Assembly: GCA_020718085.1 (NCBI GenBank)
Contig: DYDB01000001.1
Location: 47,384 to 111,383 of the forward strand
DNA: 64,000 nt
DNA from: Micavibrio sp.
Lineage (GTDB): Bacteria > Patescibacteriota > Minisyncoccia > Moranbacterales > GCA-2747515
Direction of reading: 5' to 3'
Part shown: positions 29,762 to 38,836 of the stretch, piece by piece
Layout: each line of letters opens with the position of its first letter
Numbering within the stretch: position 1 is the first letter of the stretch
Program-made: the position numbers and the translations under genes
Notes under the pieces: model-generated
The model's database searches: none
What the model was told of the DNA's origin: nothing
Seen by the model: the letters and a program-made list of their open reading frames with translations, nothing else

Positions 29762-30817
29762 ATGAAGCAGGGTAAGCGGTGGGGTGATGTGATCATTTTT
29801 ACAGGTTTGGATAACGATTCATTGGCAGAAGGTATGTGTCTCAAATTGCGCGAATACCTTGGGGAAGACCCGCAAAAGGGACATATCAGATTTGGTAAAT
29901 TTGATGATATCGAGATCAAAGACTCCTTTCCTGATTTCGAGGATATCCGCGGGAAAACGGTTGTATTCTTTGAATGTCTTAAATCTCTGGAAACGACTGT
30001 GCGTCTCTTGCAATTGTGTTGGGCGGCGAAGTATCTATATGGTGCAAAATATGTCATTATCGCAACATCCTTCTTGCATTATCGTCGGCAAGATCATCCG
30101 GAGAAAATTCATGAGATCCATCGCAATAGATGGTTGATAGAACAAATGAAACACAATGGCGTAGATCATTTGATCGTAGCAACACCTCATTCTGACCAAA
30201 CGCGAAAAAATTGTGAGGAGGTTGGCATTGCGTTTCGCGAAGTTGATTTTACGGAAGCGTTCGCAAGTGTATGCAAGCCGTTGCTTCCGGAAAAAGGAGA
30301 AAATAAAAAGGCGGTTGTTTTTGCTCCTGATGAAGGTTCAATTGCAAGGGCGATCGTATTTGCACAACATCTTGATGTTGACGTTTTGTTCCAACTTAAA
30401 GATCGCGGTCACAACAACGAAGTGGCGATCTTGGAGGCAGATCAAGAAATGATCGACCAGATCATTGCAAAGTACGGCTATGAACGTCTGTATTTTGCGA
30501 CGCATGATCTGATCAAAGATGCAATCGTGATCATGATCGATGATGAGGTGACAACCGGCACTACAGCCAACAAGCAAGCAAAGAATTTGTTGAAATGGGG
30601 TGCTGCCATAATCATGTTGTTTGTGACGCATCCAGTTTGCAGTAATCAGTGGATGGAAAAATTGATGGATGGTGCACCATTTGGCAAGATCTGTTTTACC
30701 AATACGATCTTTCGAGGCAAGGAGCATCGTACAGGTGGTAGTGTGCATGATGTTTCAGCGGCGGGACTCATGGCATCAGGTGTCTATCGCGTTTTGCGAC
30801 AATTGTTCAATCGGTAG
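29762..30817 (+). CDS. Divergent ribose-phosphate pyrophosphokinase (PRPP synthetase)-like protein
   Basis: KFDDIE, DIRGKTV, YRRQD, APDEGS, IDDEVTTGTT PRPP loop, THPV; SD AAGGAGGT 29749-29756. Confidence 0.8.
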   Translation: MKQGKRWGDVIIFTGLDNDSLAEGMCLKLREYLGEDPQKGHIRFGKFDDIEIKDSFPDFEDIRGKTVVFFECLKSLETTVRLLQLCWAAKYLYGAKYVIIATSFLHYRRQDHPEKIHEIHRNRWLIEQMKHNGVDHLIVATPHSDQTRKNCEEVGIAFREVDFTEAFASVCKPLLPEKGENKKAVVFAPDEGSIARAIVFAQHLDVDVLFQLKDRGHNNEVAILEADQEMIDQIIAKYGYERLYFATHDLIKDAIVIMIDDEVTTGTTANKQAKNLLKWGAAIIMLFVTHPVCSNQWMEKLMDGAPFGKICFTNTIFRGKEHRTGGSVHDVSAAGLMASGVYRVLRQLFNR

Positions 30818-30918
30818 TTTTGGCGATAGCGGCGCATTCGATATATTCGAGTGTGCCGCTTCTTTTTTGAATTTTTGCATAAATATGCGATAATGAAGAT
30901 ATAATTTTGTTATAATAG

Positions 30919-31329
30919 ATGTTTATGAAAAATGTTACCCAGATCATCAAAACGTCCTATTTTTATATCGTGATCGCTGTGAGCATGCTATTCGTTGGCT
31001 CAGGTATTGGCATGCTATTCAACACTGCGTTGCAGTATTATTTTTTCCCGATGGCGGAAAGAGGGGGATACAGTCAATGCACACAAGAACCACCGATGTA
31101 TTATCTCAGCGATAAAGGATGTATGAATGGTGCAACAACAGAAGAGCAGCAAGCAACTCTGAACAATTTGATACGAGATTATGAAACATGGAAAACACAA
31201 AATTCTGGAGAGGCGTGTTTTAGTGCACAACGTCAAAAGAGCATCGTGGATGCTCTGACAATGCTCTTTGTTGCATCTCCGATCTTGATCTTACATATCT
31301 TTCTATTGAAAAAACAAAAAGCGGAATAA
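30919..31329 (+). CDS. Hypothetical two-TM protein (DUF5671-like)
   Basis: YFYIV..VS TM1, extracellular Cys-containing loop, P...H TM2. Confidence 0.6.
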   Translation: MFMKNVTQIIKTSYFYIVIAVSMLFVGSGIGMLFNTALQYYFFPMAERGGYSQCTQEPPMYYLSDKGCMNGATTEEQQATLNNLIRDYETWKTQNSGEACFSAQRQKSIVDALTMLFVASPILILHIFLLKKQKAE

Positions 31330-31597
31330 TAAAATACATAAGATCAATTTTGATGTACAAGGCAACAAGTTGTGTGATGATGTTGCATAAATATGATTTT
31401 TGGTGTACTATGCAGGGGCAGAGGTATAGGCTTTGTTGAAAGAAAAAGCGGCTGTATGCCGTACTAGGTAGTAATGATGAATAAAAGACACCAGGTCTTT
31501 TTTCGTCTGTTATATAACTCGTTCTTAGAGAGAACTTGTTTTTTCACGTTCTTTTCAGATCAACGTGTGTAAAACACACATAAAAAAGGAGGTTGTT

Positions 31598-32065
31598 TTG
31601 ACTTTGACGTTATTTTTGCTTCTTACGTATGCTCTTCCGTATGAATCAAGTGGCATGACAGCACAACAATTTATTGGACAATACATACCATTTCGTATTG
31701 AAACAGCAGAGGTGAGGACAACGGCATATTTTACGCCGGTGCCACAGCAAAGAAACTACAAGGCACTTGTAAAATTAAATGGCAGAGGTAAAAAAACGAG
31801 TACGGGTGCTACGCCGCAAATTCCCACCAAGACGACACTTGGCACGATCGCTGCGGGTCCGGACACGCCATTTGGTACGATCATGTTCGTACCAGACTAT
31901 GGTTTGGGCGTTGTAGAAGATCGTGGCGGTGCGATCAAGGGCAAAAGGCGATTGGATCTTTATTGCGGAAAAGGCGAAAAAGCTTACCAAGAAGCCAAGG
32001 AATGGGGCGTGCAGAATCAAAAAATTGTCAAGATCATATGGGAGAATAAAAAACGGTCTATATGA
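31598..32065 (+). CDS. 3D-domain (MltA-like/Rpf-associated) protein
   Basis: [31 protein letters not shown]; TTG start after AAGGAGGT. Confidence 0.85.
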   Translation: MTLTLFLLLTYALPYESSGMTAQQFIGQYIPFRIETAEVRTTAYFTPVPQQRNYKALVKLNGRGKKTSTGATPQIPTKTTLGTIAAGPDTPFGTIMFVPDYGLGVVEDRGGAIKGKRRLDLYCGKGEKAYQEAKEWGVQNQKIVKIIWENKKRSI

Positions 32066-32163
32066 CAAACCACATCCAAATCGGGAATGCGTACAGTGAT
32101 ACGTATTCCCGATTTTTTTATACAGCATGTCGTATGATACAATAAAAATATGAGATAAAATAT

Positions 32164-32865
32164 ATGACAAAAGTTGTTTTTGGGTACAAAGAGAAATTTG
32201 ACGCATGGAGCTGGGTGTTGATCGCACAAGATAAAGATCTGTGGGGCATTGAGTGGGAAGATCAGGTGACACATATTCCGCCAGAACTTTTGGCAAAGAT
32301 CGAAAAAGCACGTTTTTGGCGTGCACAAAATATGGTCATGAAACACTTGGTGCACGACCCTCTACGTAAAAACAAGCGAGCAACAATCAAGATCGAACTG
32401 ATGGCGTTGGAACAAGCGTGGCGAATAGTGGAAGATCGCTATTTTGATGTGCTTGCCACAGTGACGAAAAAGCCGATCTTTCGCAAAAAGTTTGCGTGTT
32501 ACATGACGACCGGTTACATGTGTCCATATAATGAAAAAGAGAAATGGTTCATGACATCGCTATGGCATTCCACGGCATTTTCTGTGGTGACGGTGTGTCA
32601 TGAGATCATGCATCTACAATTCTTGTTCTATTATGGGGAATATATAAAAAAATGCGGCTTAACAGTATCTCAACAAGAAGACCTAAAAGAATCACTCACA
32701 TTTCTTCTCAATGAAGAGGAGTTTCATGGTATGATGTTATGTGAGGATGTTGGCTATCCTGATCATGAAAAACTGCGCGCATATTTACAAAAAATATGGC
32801 GTAAAGAGCGAGATTTTGATATTTTGATAGATCGTGCCATAGTGTATATGAAAAAACATGAGTAA
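32164..32865 (+). CDS. Hypothetical protein with HExxH motif
   Basis: CHEIMH, KESLT, GYPDH. Confidence 0.65.
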   Translation: MTKVVFGYKEKFDAWSWVLIAQDKDLWGIEWEDQVTHIPPELLAKIEKARFWRAQNMVMKHLVHDPLRKNKRATIKIELMALEQAWRIVEDRYFDVLATVTKKPIFRKKFACYMTTGYMCPYNEKEKWFMTSLWHSTAFSVVTVCHEIMHLQFLFYYGEYIKKCGLTVSQQEDLKESLTFLLNEEEFHGMMLCEDVGYPDHEKLRAYLQKIWRKERDFDILIDRAIVYMKKHE

Positions 32866-33013
32866 TTATTTTAGGACTTACGCATTTGGATGAAGTTCGA
32901 GAAAAATGTGAGGAGTGGAGTAAGTTGTATATACATATACAACGTCGAGCACCGGAGCATTTGACGAAGAAATACGTCAAATGCGTAAGTCCAATATTTT
33001 TTAAAATCTTTTT

Positions 33014-33601
33014 ATGGAGAACATTGGTATAACGAGAGATGTTGCGTTGCAGCTTATAGATCAGCATATTGTCGATCCTGTGACGCGGTTGCATTTGCGT
33101 GAATCTGAGGAGATCATGCGAGCTCTTGCGCGACATTTTGGTGAGGATGAAGACGTGTGGGGTATCGCAGGATTATTACATGATATTGATTGGGATCTGA
33201 CAAAAAATGATACTGCACAACATTGTATAATGTGTCAGGACATTTTGAAAAATGCGGGTGCGACGGACTTTCTTATTACAACGATCGTCTCCCATGGCTA
33301 TGGAAACGAATCAATCCCCGCACTTATGGCGTATAAACGCACAATGCGCATACAATATGCACTGGCTGCTGCAGAAACATTGACAGGACTTATTATTGCA
33401 TCGGCGCTTATGCAGCCGGACAAAAAACTTGCAAGCGTGAAAGCGAGTTCTTTGAAAAAGAAATTCAAAAACAAGGCTTTTGCGGCACGATGTGATCGTG
33501 CGATCATTGCCGAATGCGAACAGGCAGGTATTGCGTTGGACGATTTTTTGAATCTGGGGCTCATTTCTTTGCAGGGCATTGGCGATGAATTAGGTATGTA
33601 A
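33014..33601 (+). CDS. HDIG/HD-domain hydrolase
   Basis: WGIAGLLHDID, SLKKKFKNKAFA. Confidence 0.88.
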   Translation: MENIGITRDVALQLIDQHIVDPVTRLHLRESEEIMRALARHFGEDEDVWGIAGLLHDIDWDLTKNDTAQHCIMCQDILKNAGATDFLITTIVSHGYGNESIPALMAYKRTMRIQYALAAAETLTGLIIASALMQPDKKLASVKASSLKKKFKNKAFAARCDRAIIAECEQAGIALDDFLNLGLISLQGIGDELGM

Positions 33602-33670
33602 CGTGGTTTTTTGACTGTGACTCACAATACGTGATATGATGCGAGGGAAATGTTAAATTTTTTATTTTTT

Positions 33671-34819
33671 ATGAGCGCAAAACATAAGAAAAAAGGGAAG
33701 AATAAAAATAAAAAGGAAATTAACGTTCAGTCAGAGCAAAAAAATGTGACGGATGACAGTGCGGTTTTTGTGACGGATCAAGAAACATCTGTGGAACAGG
33801 TGCAGCCGGATAGGACAGTGGAGCAGAAAGAAAAAGGGTCTTCACATAAAAAACAGAAAAAAAGAATAAAGCGCTCCCATATTTTGTATGGAGCTGTTTT
33901 TCTTGTCACGATCAGTACGTTCATTGCGTGCGGTGCATACTATTATCATGTGCATCAAGATGCTATCGTGTATGAACGAAAATTGCAATCAGAGCAATAT
34001 GAGAAATTCATGCAACAGTTTGAGGATGTAAATACACAAGAAATTGTGACAATTCAGGAACGTATATTAACGGATACATGGAAAAAATTTACAAGTCAAT
34101 ATTATGGATTTGAGATCATGTATCCAAGTGATGGATGGATGACAAATGTGCATAAGATCGATCCGCAACAAACAAAAGCGATCTACCGGATAGATTTTCT
34201 CAAGCATAGCGATGTATACAATGAGCCGGTAGGATTTTCTGTGTCAGTATATGACATGAACGTAACGAAAGAATTGGCCCAAACAGATGAATTTCCTGCA
34301 ATGAGGAACAATGATATATCAGCCGCGGGATTATGTGCTGTGCCAAGTGGACACATGTTTGAAACAGGAGATTATCCTGCGGAGGAATTATATGTGCCGC
34401 CACGTGATGAATGTTATGAGAGCGGACTTTTCTTCACTGTTGTGAAAGGGCAATATATTTACAACATTACACCGATCGTCAATGAGAGCGCAAAAAATGG
34501 TGATAGTGATCCGATGATCGCCACGGTGGATGTCGTGCCGGAGTTTTTTTCCGCCGTATCGCGATTTGCAAATATTGAGATCGTGCGTCCAAAACCAAAA
34601 CCGGCTGTCGTGCGAAGTAGCGCACCGATGCCTGCAACGTATAAAAAAGATCATCTTGGACGAAATGTTTGTGAGAAAAAGAATGATAAGCCTGGTAAAA
34701 GTAAAGAAAACAATAAGGGGAAAATGCATATGGATATGGAATGTTGTCTTGATCCGGATGAATATCCCAATCCACATTGCTATTATGATCCGGGAAAATA
34801 CGGTAAATATATGAAGTAA
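33671..34819 (+). CDS. Membrane-anchored surface protein with PsbP-like region and Cys-rich C-terminus
   Basis: Basic N-terminus, TM, WKKF...YGFEIMYP, C-terminal CCLDPDEYPNPHCYY. Confidence 0.65.
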   Translation: MSAKHKKKGKNKNKKEINVQSEQKNVTDDSAVFVTDQETSVEQVQPDRTVEQKEKGSSHKKQKKRIKRSHILYGAVFLVTISTFIACGAYYYHVHQDAIVYERKLQSEQYEKFMQQFEDVNTQEIVTIQERILTDTWKKFTSQYYGFEIMYPSDGWMTNVHKIDPQQTKAIYRIDFLKHSDVYNEPVGFSVSVYDMNVTKELAQTDEFPAMRNNDISAAGLCAVPSGHMFETGDYPAEELYVPPRDECYESGLFFTVVKGQYIYNITPIVNESAKNGDSDPMIATVDVVPEFFSAVSRFANIEIVRPKPKPAVVRSSAPMPATYKKDHLGRNVCEKKNDKPGKSKENNKGKMHMDMECCLDPDEYPNPHCYYDPGKYGKYMK

Positions 34820-34824
34820 TGTAA

Positions 34825-34860
34825 ATGGCACCCCTCACGTTGGAGTAGGTGCCATTTTTT
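34825..34860. terminator. Bidirectional terminator
   Basis: AATGGCACC...GGTGCCATTTTTT between convergent genes. Confidence 0.75.
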
Positions 34861-34870
34861 CATGTAATCA

Positions 34871-35971
34871 TTAGGATCCTTTCAGTTCACATATGAGCTC
34901 GTGCGTGGATACAATGCGATCCACACGATGTGCGTTGGTCCCAACGGTAAAGAGAGGTTGTTCATCTTTGGCATATCCTGCTGAGGATAAAAGCCCGTTG
35001 CAAATACAAAAATTTTGCTGCGAATTTTCTTTTGCTGCACAGATCGAGAATGATCCCTCAGCATCTTTTTGCAGTACATAACCTCGATTACAAAAAGGTC
35101 TGCGAAATTTGCCAAATGCGTACATGGGCGCATTGGTCAGTGTGCGAAAAGGCATGCCGCTTGGAGATCCTGGAGGACATGTTCTATTGTGACATACAAT
35201 AATTTCTTCCGGTGTGCATTCTATGACAGCTTGTTTGTACAAAAGGGAGGCGCCACTCTCTTCCGTTACGAGAAAACGTGTTCCCATTTGCACGCCGTCT
35301 GCACCGCGAGTGATCCAATCACAGATATCTTGATGCGTATAAATACCGCCAGCAACAATTACGGGAAAATCACCATTTGTCATGGCAAATTCCTTAATTG
35401 GTGGAAATATCGCATCAAGTTGATGTTCTGATCTCGTGAGGTCTTCGTATGCAAATCCGAGATGTCCGCCTGCCAATGGACCCTCTACAACAACAGCATC
35501 CGGTCTACGACCTTTTTTTGCCCAGCGTGCGCAGATCAGTCGGAGTGCGCGTACAGACGATACGATTGGTATGAGTGCAATATCTGCAGTGGTGCCGACA
35601 ACTTGTGGCAGTTGCAGAGGGAGTCCCGCGCCACAAATGATCATATCGGCCTTTGCATCAACTGCACCACGTACACTTGCGTCAAAATCTCGCGCAAGAT
35701 ATACCATGATATTGACACCAATGCCACCGTGACCCTGAGAAAGTATGCGTGCATTTTGCACTTCAAGGATCATGGCGTCGTAAGCATTGTATCGTTTTTT
35801 CAGATCATGTGATATGAGAAAATCCAAACATGCGCTCGAGAGAATGCCGATACAACCTTCATGTGCGACAGTTCCTGCAAGCATGTCGCGAGACACACCG
35901 ACACCCATGCCGCCTTGAATGATGGGAGCTTCGTACGTGCGGTCACGAATTGTTAATTTTGGCAAGATCAT
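34871..35971 (-). CDS. Nitronate monooxygenase / FabK-like flavoenzyme
   Basis: PIIQGGMGVGVS, GAGLP, EGPLAGGHLG, GVQMGTRF; SD GGAGGTG supports ATG 35971. Confidence 0.9.
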   Translation of the reverse strand: MILPKLTIRDRTYEAPIIQGGMGVGVSRDMLAGTVAHEGCIGILSSACLDFLISHDLKKRYNAYDAMILEVQNARILSQGHGGIGVNIMVYLARDFDASVRGAVDAKADMIICGAGLPLQLPQVVGTTADIALIPIVSSVRALRLICARWAKKGRRPDAVVVEGPLAGGHLGFAYEDLTRSEHQLDAIFPPIKEFAMTNGDFPVIVAGGIYTHQDICDWITRGADGVQMGTRFLVTEESGASLLYKQAVIECTPEEIIVCHNRTCPPGSPSGMPFRTLTNAPMYAFGKFRRPFCNRGYVLQKDAEGSFSICAAKENSQQNFCICNGLLSSAGYAKDEQPLFTVGTNAHRVDRIVSTHELICELKGS

Positions 35972-36162
35972 ATGCACCTCCATGCATGTTGTGAAAAATG
36001 TTATATTAATTTATTAAAGAAACGTTGTGTAACACCAGTATAGAGAAGTTTTATTTTTTTACAATGGGATGGCACGCGTAGTAATTTTGTGATATACTTT
36101 TACACAGAAATATGATACGTGATATGAAAAAGTGATATTTTTTGACTAAAACAAAAATATTT

Positions 36163-36804
36163 ATGGATCAACTTAAGGATAAGGGTTTTGTGGTTGCGAT
36201 GCTTGTAATGCTCTTTGGCAGCATAGGATATGCATACTGGCATTTTGTGATCGATAAAAATTATACACTTGTATATCATGCGGATTGCGATCCGACCATG
36301 GAGGTGTGTTATGTATGGGAGTGTGATCCTGAGGCGATCGATGAGGAGGAAAAGTGTACGGGTGATCCGGATGAGGATATATGGTACTACAAGCACTTGG
36401 AACGTTTGGCAAAAAATGTTCCAGAGTGCAAATCTGATGATGAGAATTGCGATGCTTTTGTGTGTGAAATAGGGGAAGAAGGTTGCGCTGAAGTGATGTG
36501 TACCAAAGAACTTGCGGAGATTGATGAGGTAGTATGCAGTGATCCTAATGCATATAATATTGCGCATCCTGAGGAATTGGAGGAAGATGAAGAAGGATCC
36601 TATGAGATGGATGAGGAAGAAATGATGGAAGAAGATGAAGAATCGGCCGATATGGGTGAGGGAGAAGTGGCGGGAGAAGAAGGAGATAGTGAGACAGAAT
36701 TGGAAACAATGGGAGATGGTAGTGGTGGCACAGTGGAAGAAGTAGTCGAAAATAATGAAATGGAAGGCGTCGTTGCGCCGGAAGATGTTGGTGTGGACAC
36801 ATAG
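36163..36804 (+). CDS. Membrane-anchored Cys-rich protein with acidic tail
   Basis: TM, multiple Cys (CDP..EVCY), very Glu-rich C-terminus. Confidence 0.7.
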   Translation: MDQLKDKGFVVAMLVMLFGSIGYAYWHFVIDKNYTLVYHADCDPTMEVCYVWECDPEAIDEEEKCTGDPDEDIWYYKHLERLAKNVPECKSDDENCDAFVCEIGEEGCAEVMCTKELAEIDEVVCSDPNAYNIAHPEELEEDEEGSYEMDEEEMMEEDEESADMGEGEVAGEEGDSETELETMGDGSGGTVEEVVENNEMEGVVAPEDVGVDT

Positions 36805-36903
36805 TTTTGGCGTGTGTCTTTTTTTATAGGTATAATAAATACGTGAAGTGTTACTGCTGTGTTATAAAAGTGATAAAATGTAAAAAGTAGTTGTAGAAAA
36901 TAT

Positions 36904-38031
36904 ATGTATAACAGTAAACCGGATGGTTTTCATTTTTTATTGGAATTTTTTGGGTGTGATATCAAGCAGATCAATGACATGGATTTTTGGCGCACAGAGC
37001 TCCACGCAGCAATCGAGGGCACGTCCATGGAATCATTGCATGATTTTTTCTTTAAATTCGAACCGCATGGCATTACGGGATATCTTCTTCTTTCTTCTTC
37101 ACATATCTCTATTCACACATGGCCGGAAAACGGGTATGTAGTGTGCGATGTTTTCACCTGCTCTACAGAAGTGGAGACAGAGAAAGCTGTGCAACATCTC
37201 AAGGATCAGATCACACATGATCGCGTAGAGGTAAAGAAGATCCAGCGTGGATTTAAGGTGTCACGCAAAGGTGGTGTAGTGCAAGATGTTGCGCAATGCA
37301 CGCTTGATCGACACTGTGTGAAACTGCCTGTGTATAGCACGGGAAAGAAAATGCCGTTGGATGTATTGCAGTTGATTGTGGAAATTGAAACAGCTGTGCA
37401 GAAGATCTCGATCGTTGATACACTGGAATTTGGGAAGTGCTTGATCATCAACGGAATATTGCATACAGCGGAAAAAGATCATTATCTCTATGACCGTGAG
37501 CTCATTAAGCAATTGCGGTCCAGCGATAAGGACATTCTCATTCTAGGTGGTGGTGATGGCTATGTGGCACGGCGTGTAATATCGGAAAATCCGAATGCAC
37601 AGATCAATGTGGATGTGGTGGACATGGATGTGGAAGTGGTCAAGGCATGTGAACGCTACTTGGGACAAGGTGTCTTTCAACGAAATGAGGCGCGGATCCA
37701 TATTGGAGATGCATTACATTTTCTCAAGATGACACGCAAGAAATATGACGGCATTATATTTGATCTCACAAAAGAACCGATCGGACGTGCAGAGGATGAA
37801 CAATTCATCCAGTTTTATAAAGATTTGTGTGCTTTGGCACATACACATACCAAAGACCAAGGATGGATTGCCATACAAGCAGGCACATCTTCTGTCGTAA
37901 AGAAATATATGGACACGGCAACGGTCATCACATCGATCTTGCATGATACGCGATGGAAAAAAATTGACCGCAGTGATGTCATGATCCCAAGTCATGGGGA
38001 AAATTATGCATTCCTCTTTGCAAAGAAATAA
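36904..38031 (+). CDS. SpeD-like pyruvoyl decarboxylase fused to a spermidine synthase-like domain
   Basis: HFLLEFFGC, FEPHGIT, SSHISIHTWPE, DVFTC; C-terminal ILGGGDG, IGDA. Confidence 0.88.
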   Translation: MYNSKPDGFHFLLEFFGCDIKQINDMDFWRTELHAAIEGTSMESLHDFFFKFEPHGITGYLLLSSSHISIHTWPENGYVVCDVFTCSTEVETEKAVQHLKDQITHDRVEVKKIQRGFKVSRKGGVVQDVAQCTLDRHCVKLPVYSTGKKMPLDVLQLIVEIETAVQKISIVDTLEFGKCLIINGILHTAEKDHYLYDRELIKQLRSSDKDILILGGGDGYVARRVISENPNAQINVDVVDMDVEVVKACERYLGQGVFQRNEARIHIGDALHFLKMTRKKYDGIIFDLTKEPIGRAEDEQFIQFYKDLCALAHTHTKDQGWIAIQAGTSSVVKKYMDTATVITSILHDTRWKKIDRSDVMIPSHGENYAFLFAKK

Positions 38032-38053
38032 GCTTAAATAACTATTCACATAC

Positions 38054-38803
38054 ATGGAAAATATCAACACAGGAGAAAAAAGGGAAGATGTCGTGAAGAT
38101 CACACAACCGATCTATGCAACAGGAGAGCAAATGGAGATCATTGTAAAAGAAAAATTAGCGGAGATGACGTCTGAATTTCAAAAGATCACCTTTGTGGAT
38201 ACAAAAGATTTTGGGCGATGTTTGATCATTGACGATGTGATTCAGACATCAGAAGCAGATCATGAAATTTATGATGCGGAAATGTTAAGTAGAATGAAAC
38301 CAACTGATCGCGATGTTATGATCCTAGGTGGTGGTGATGGATATATCGCTCAAATGGCAATAGCCAAAAATGATCAGGTGCATGTAACGATCGCTGATCT
38401 TGATAGTATGGTGGTGGAGGGATGTAAAAAATATCTCGATCAAAAAGTTTTTGAAGATGAACGGGTAAAATTACACATTGGTGACGCACTTGCGTATATG
38501 CGTGAAAGTGGGCAAGAATATGATGGTGTTGTATGTGATCTGACTGATGCACCGGTGGGCGCCAAAGAACTGGAAGAGTTTGAGAAGTTTTTTGAAGAGG
38601 TGATCATGTTGTCACATAAATGCATACGCAGTGGAGGATGGATGAGCTTTCAATCTGGTGCATCGGAAGTCTCGGAACAATTTATTAATTCTGTCGTTAT
38701 CGTTGAGGCTATTCTCAGGAAATATTTTAGCACTATAGAACGCAGTGACGTCATGATCCCGAGCTATGGAGAAAGTTGTGCATTTCTCTTTGCACAGAAA
38801 TAA
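38054..38803 (+). CDS. Spermidine synthase-like aminopropyl/methyltransferase
   Basis: SEFQKI, FGRCLIID, ILGGGDG, DLTD; paralog of the upstream C-terminal domain. Confidence 0.85.
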   Translation: MENINTGEKREDVVKITQPIYATGEQMEIIVKEKLAEMTSEFQKITFVDTKDFGRCLIIDDVIQTSEADHEIYDAEMLSRMKPTDRDVMILGGGDGYIAQMAIAKNDQVHVTIADLDSMVVEGCKKYLDQKVFEDERVKLHIGDALAYMRESGQEYDGVVCDLTDAPVGAKELEEFEKFFEEVIMLSHKCIRSGGWMSFQSGASEVSEQFINSVVIVEAILRKYFSTIERSDVMIPSYGESCAFLFAQK

Positions 38804-38836
38804 TAAACTGATATTAATAATGCACGCATATTTTTC

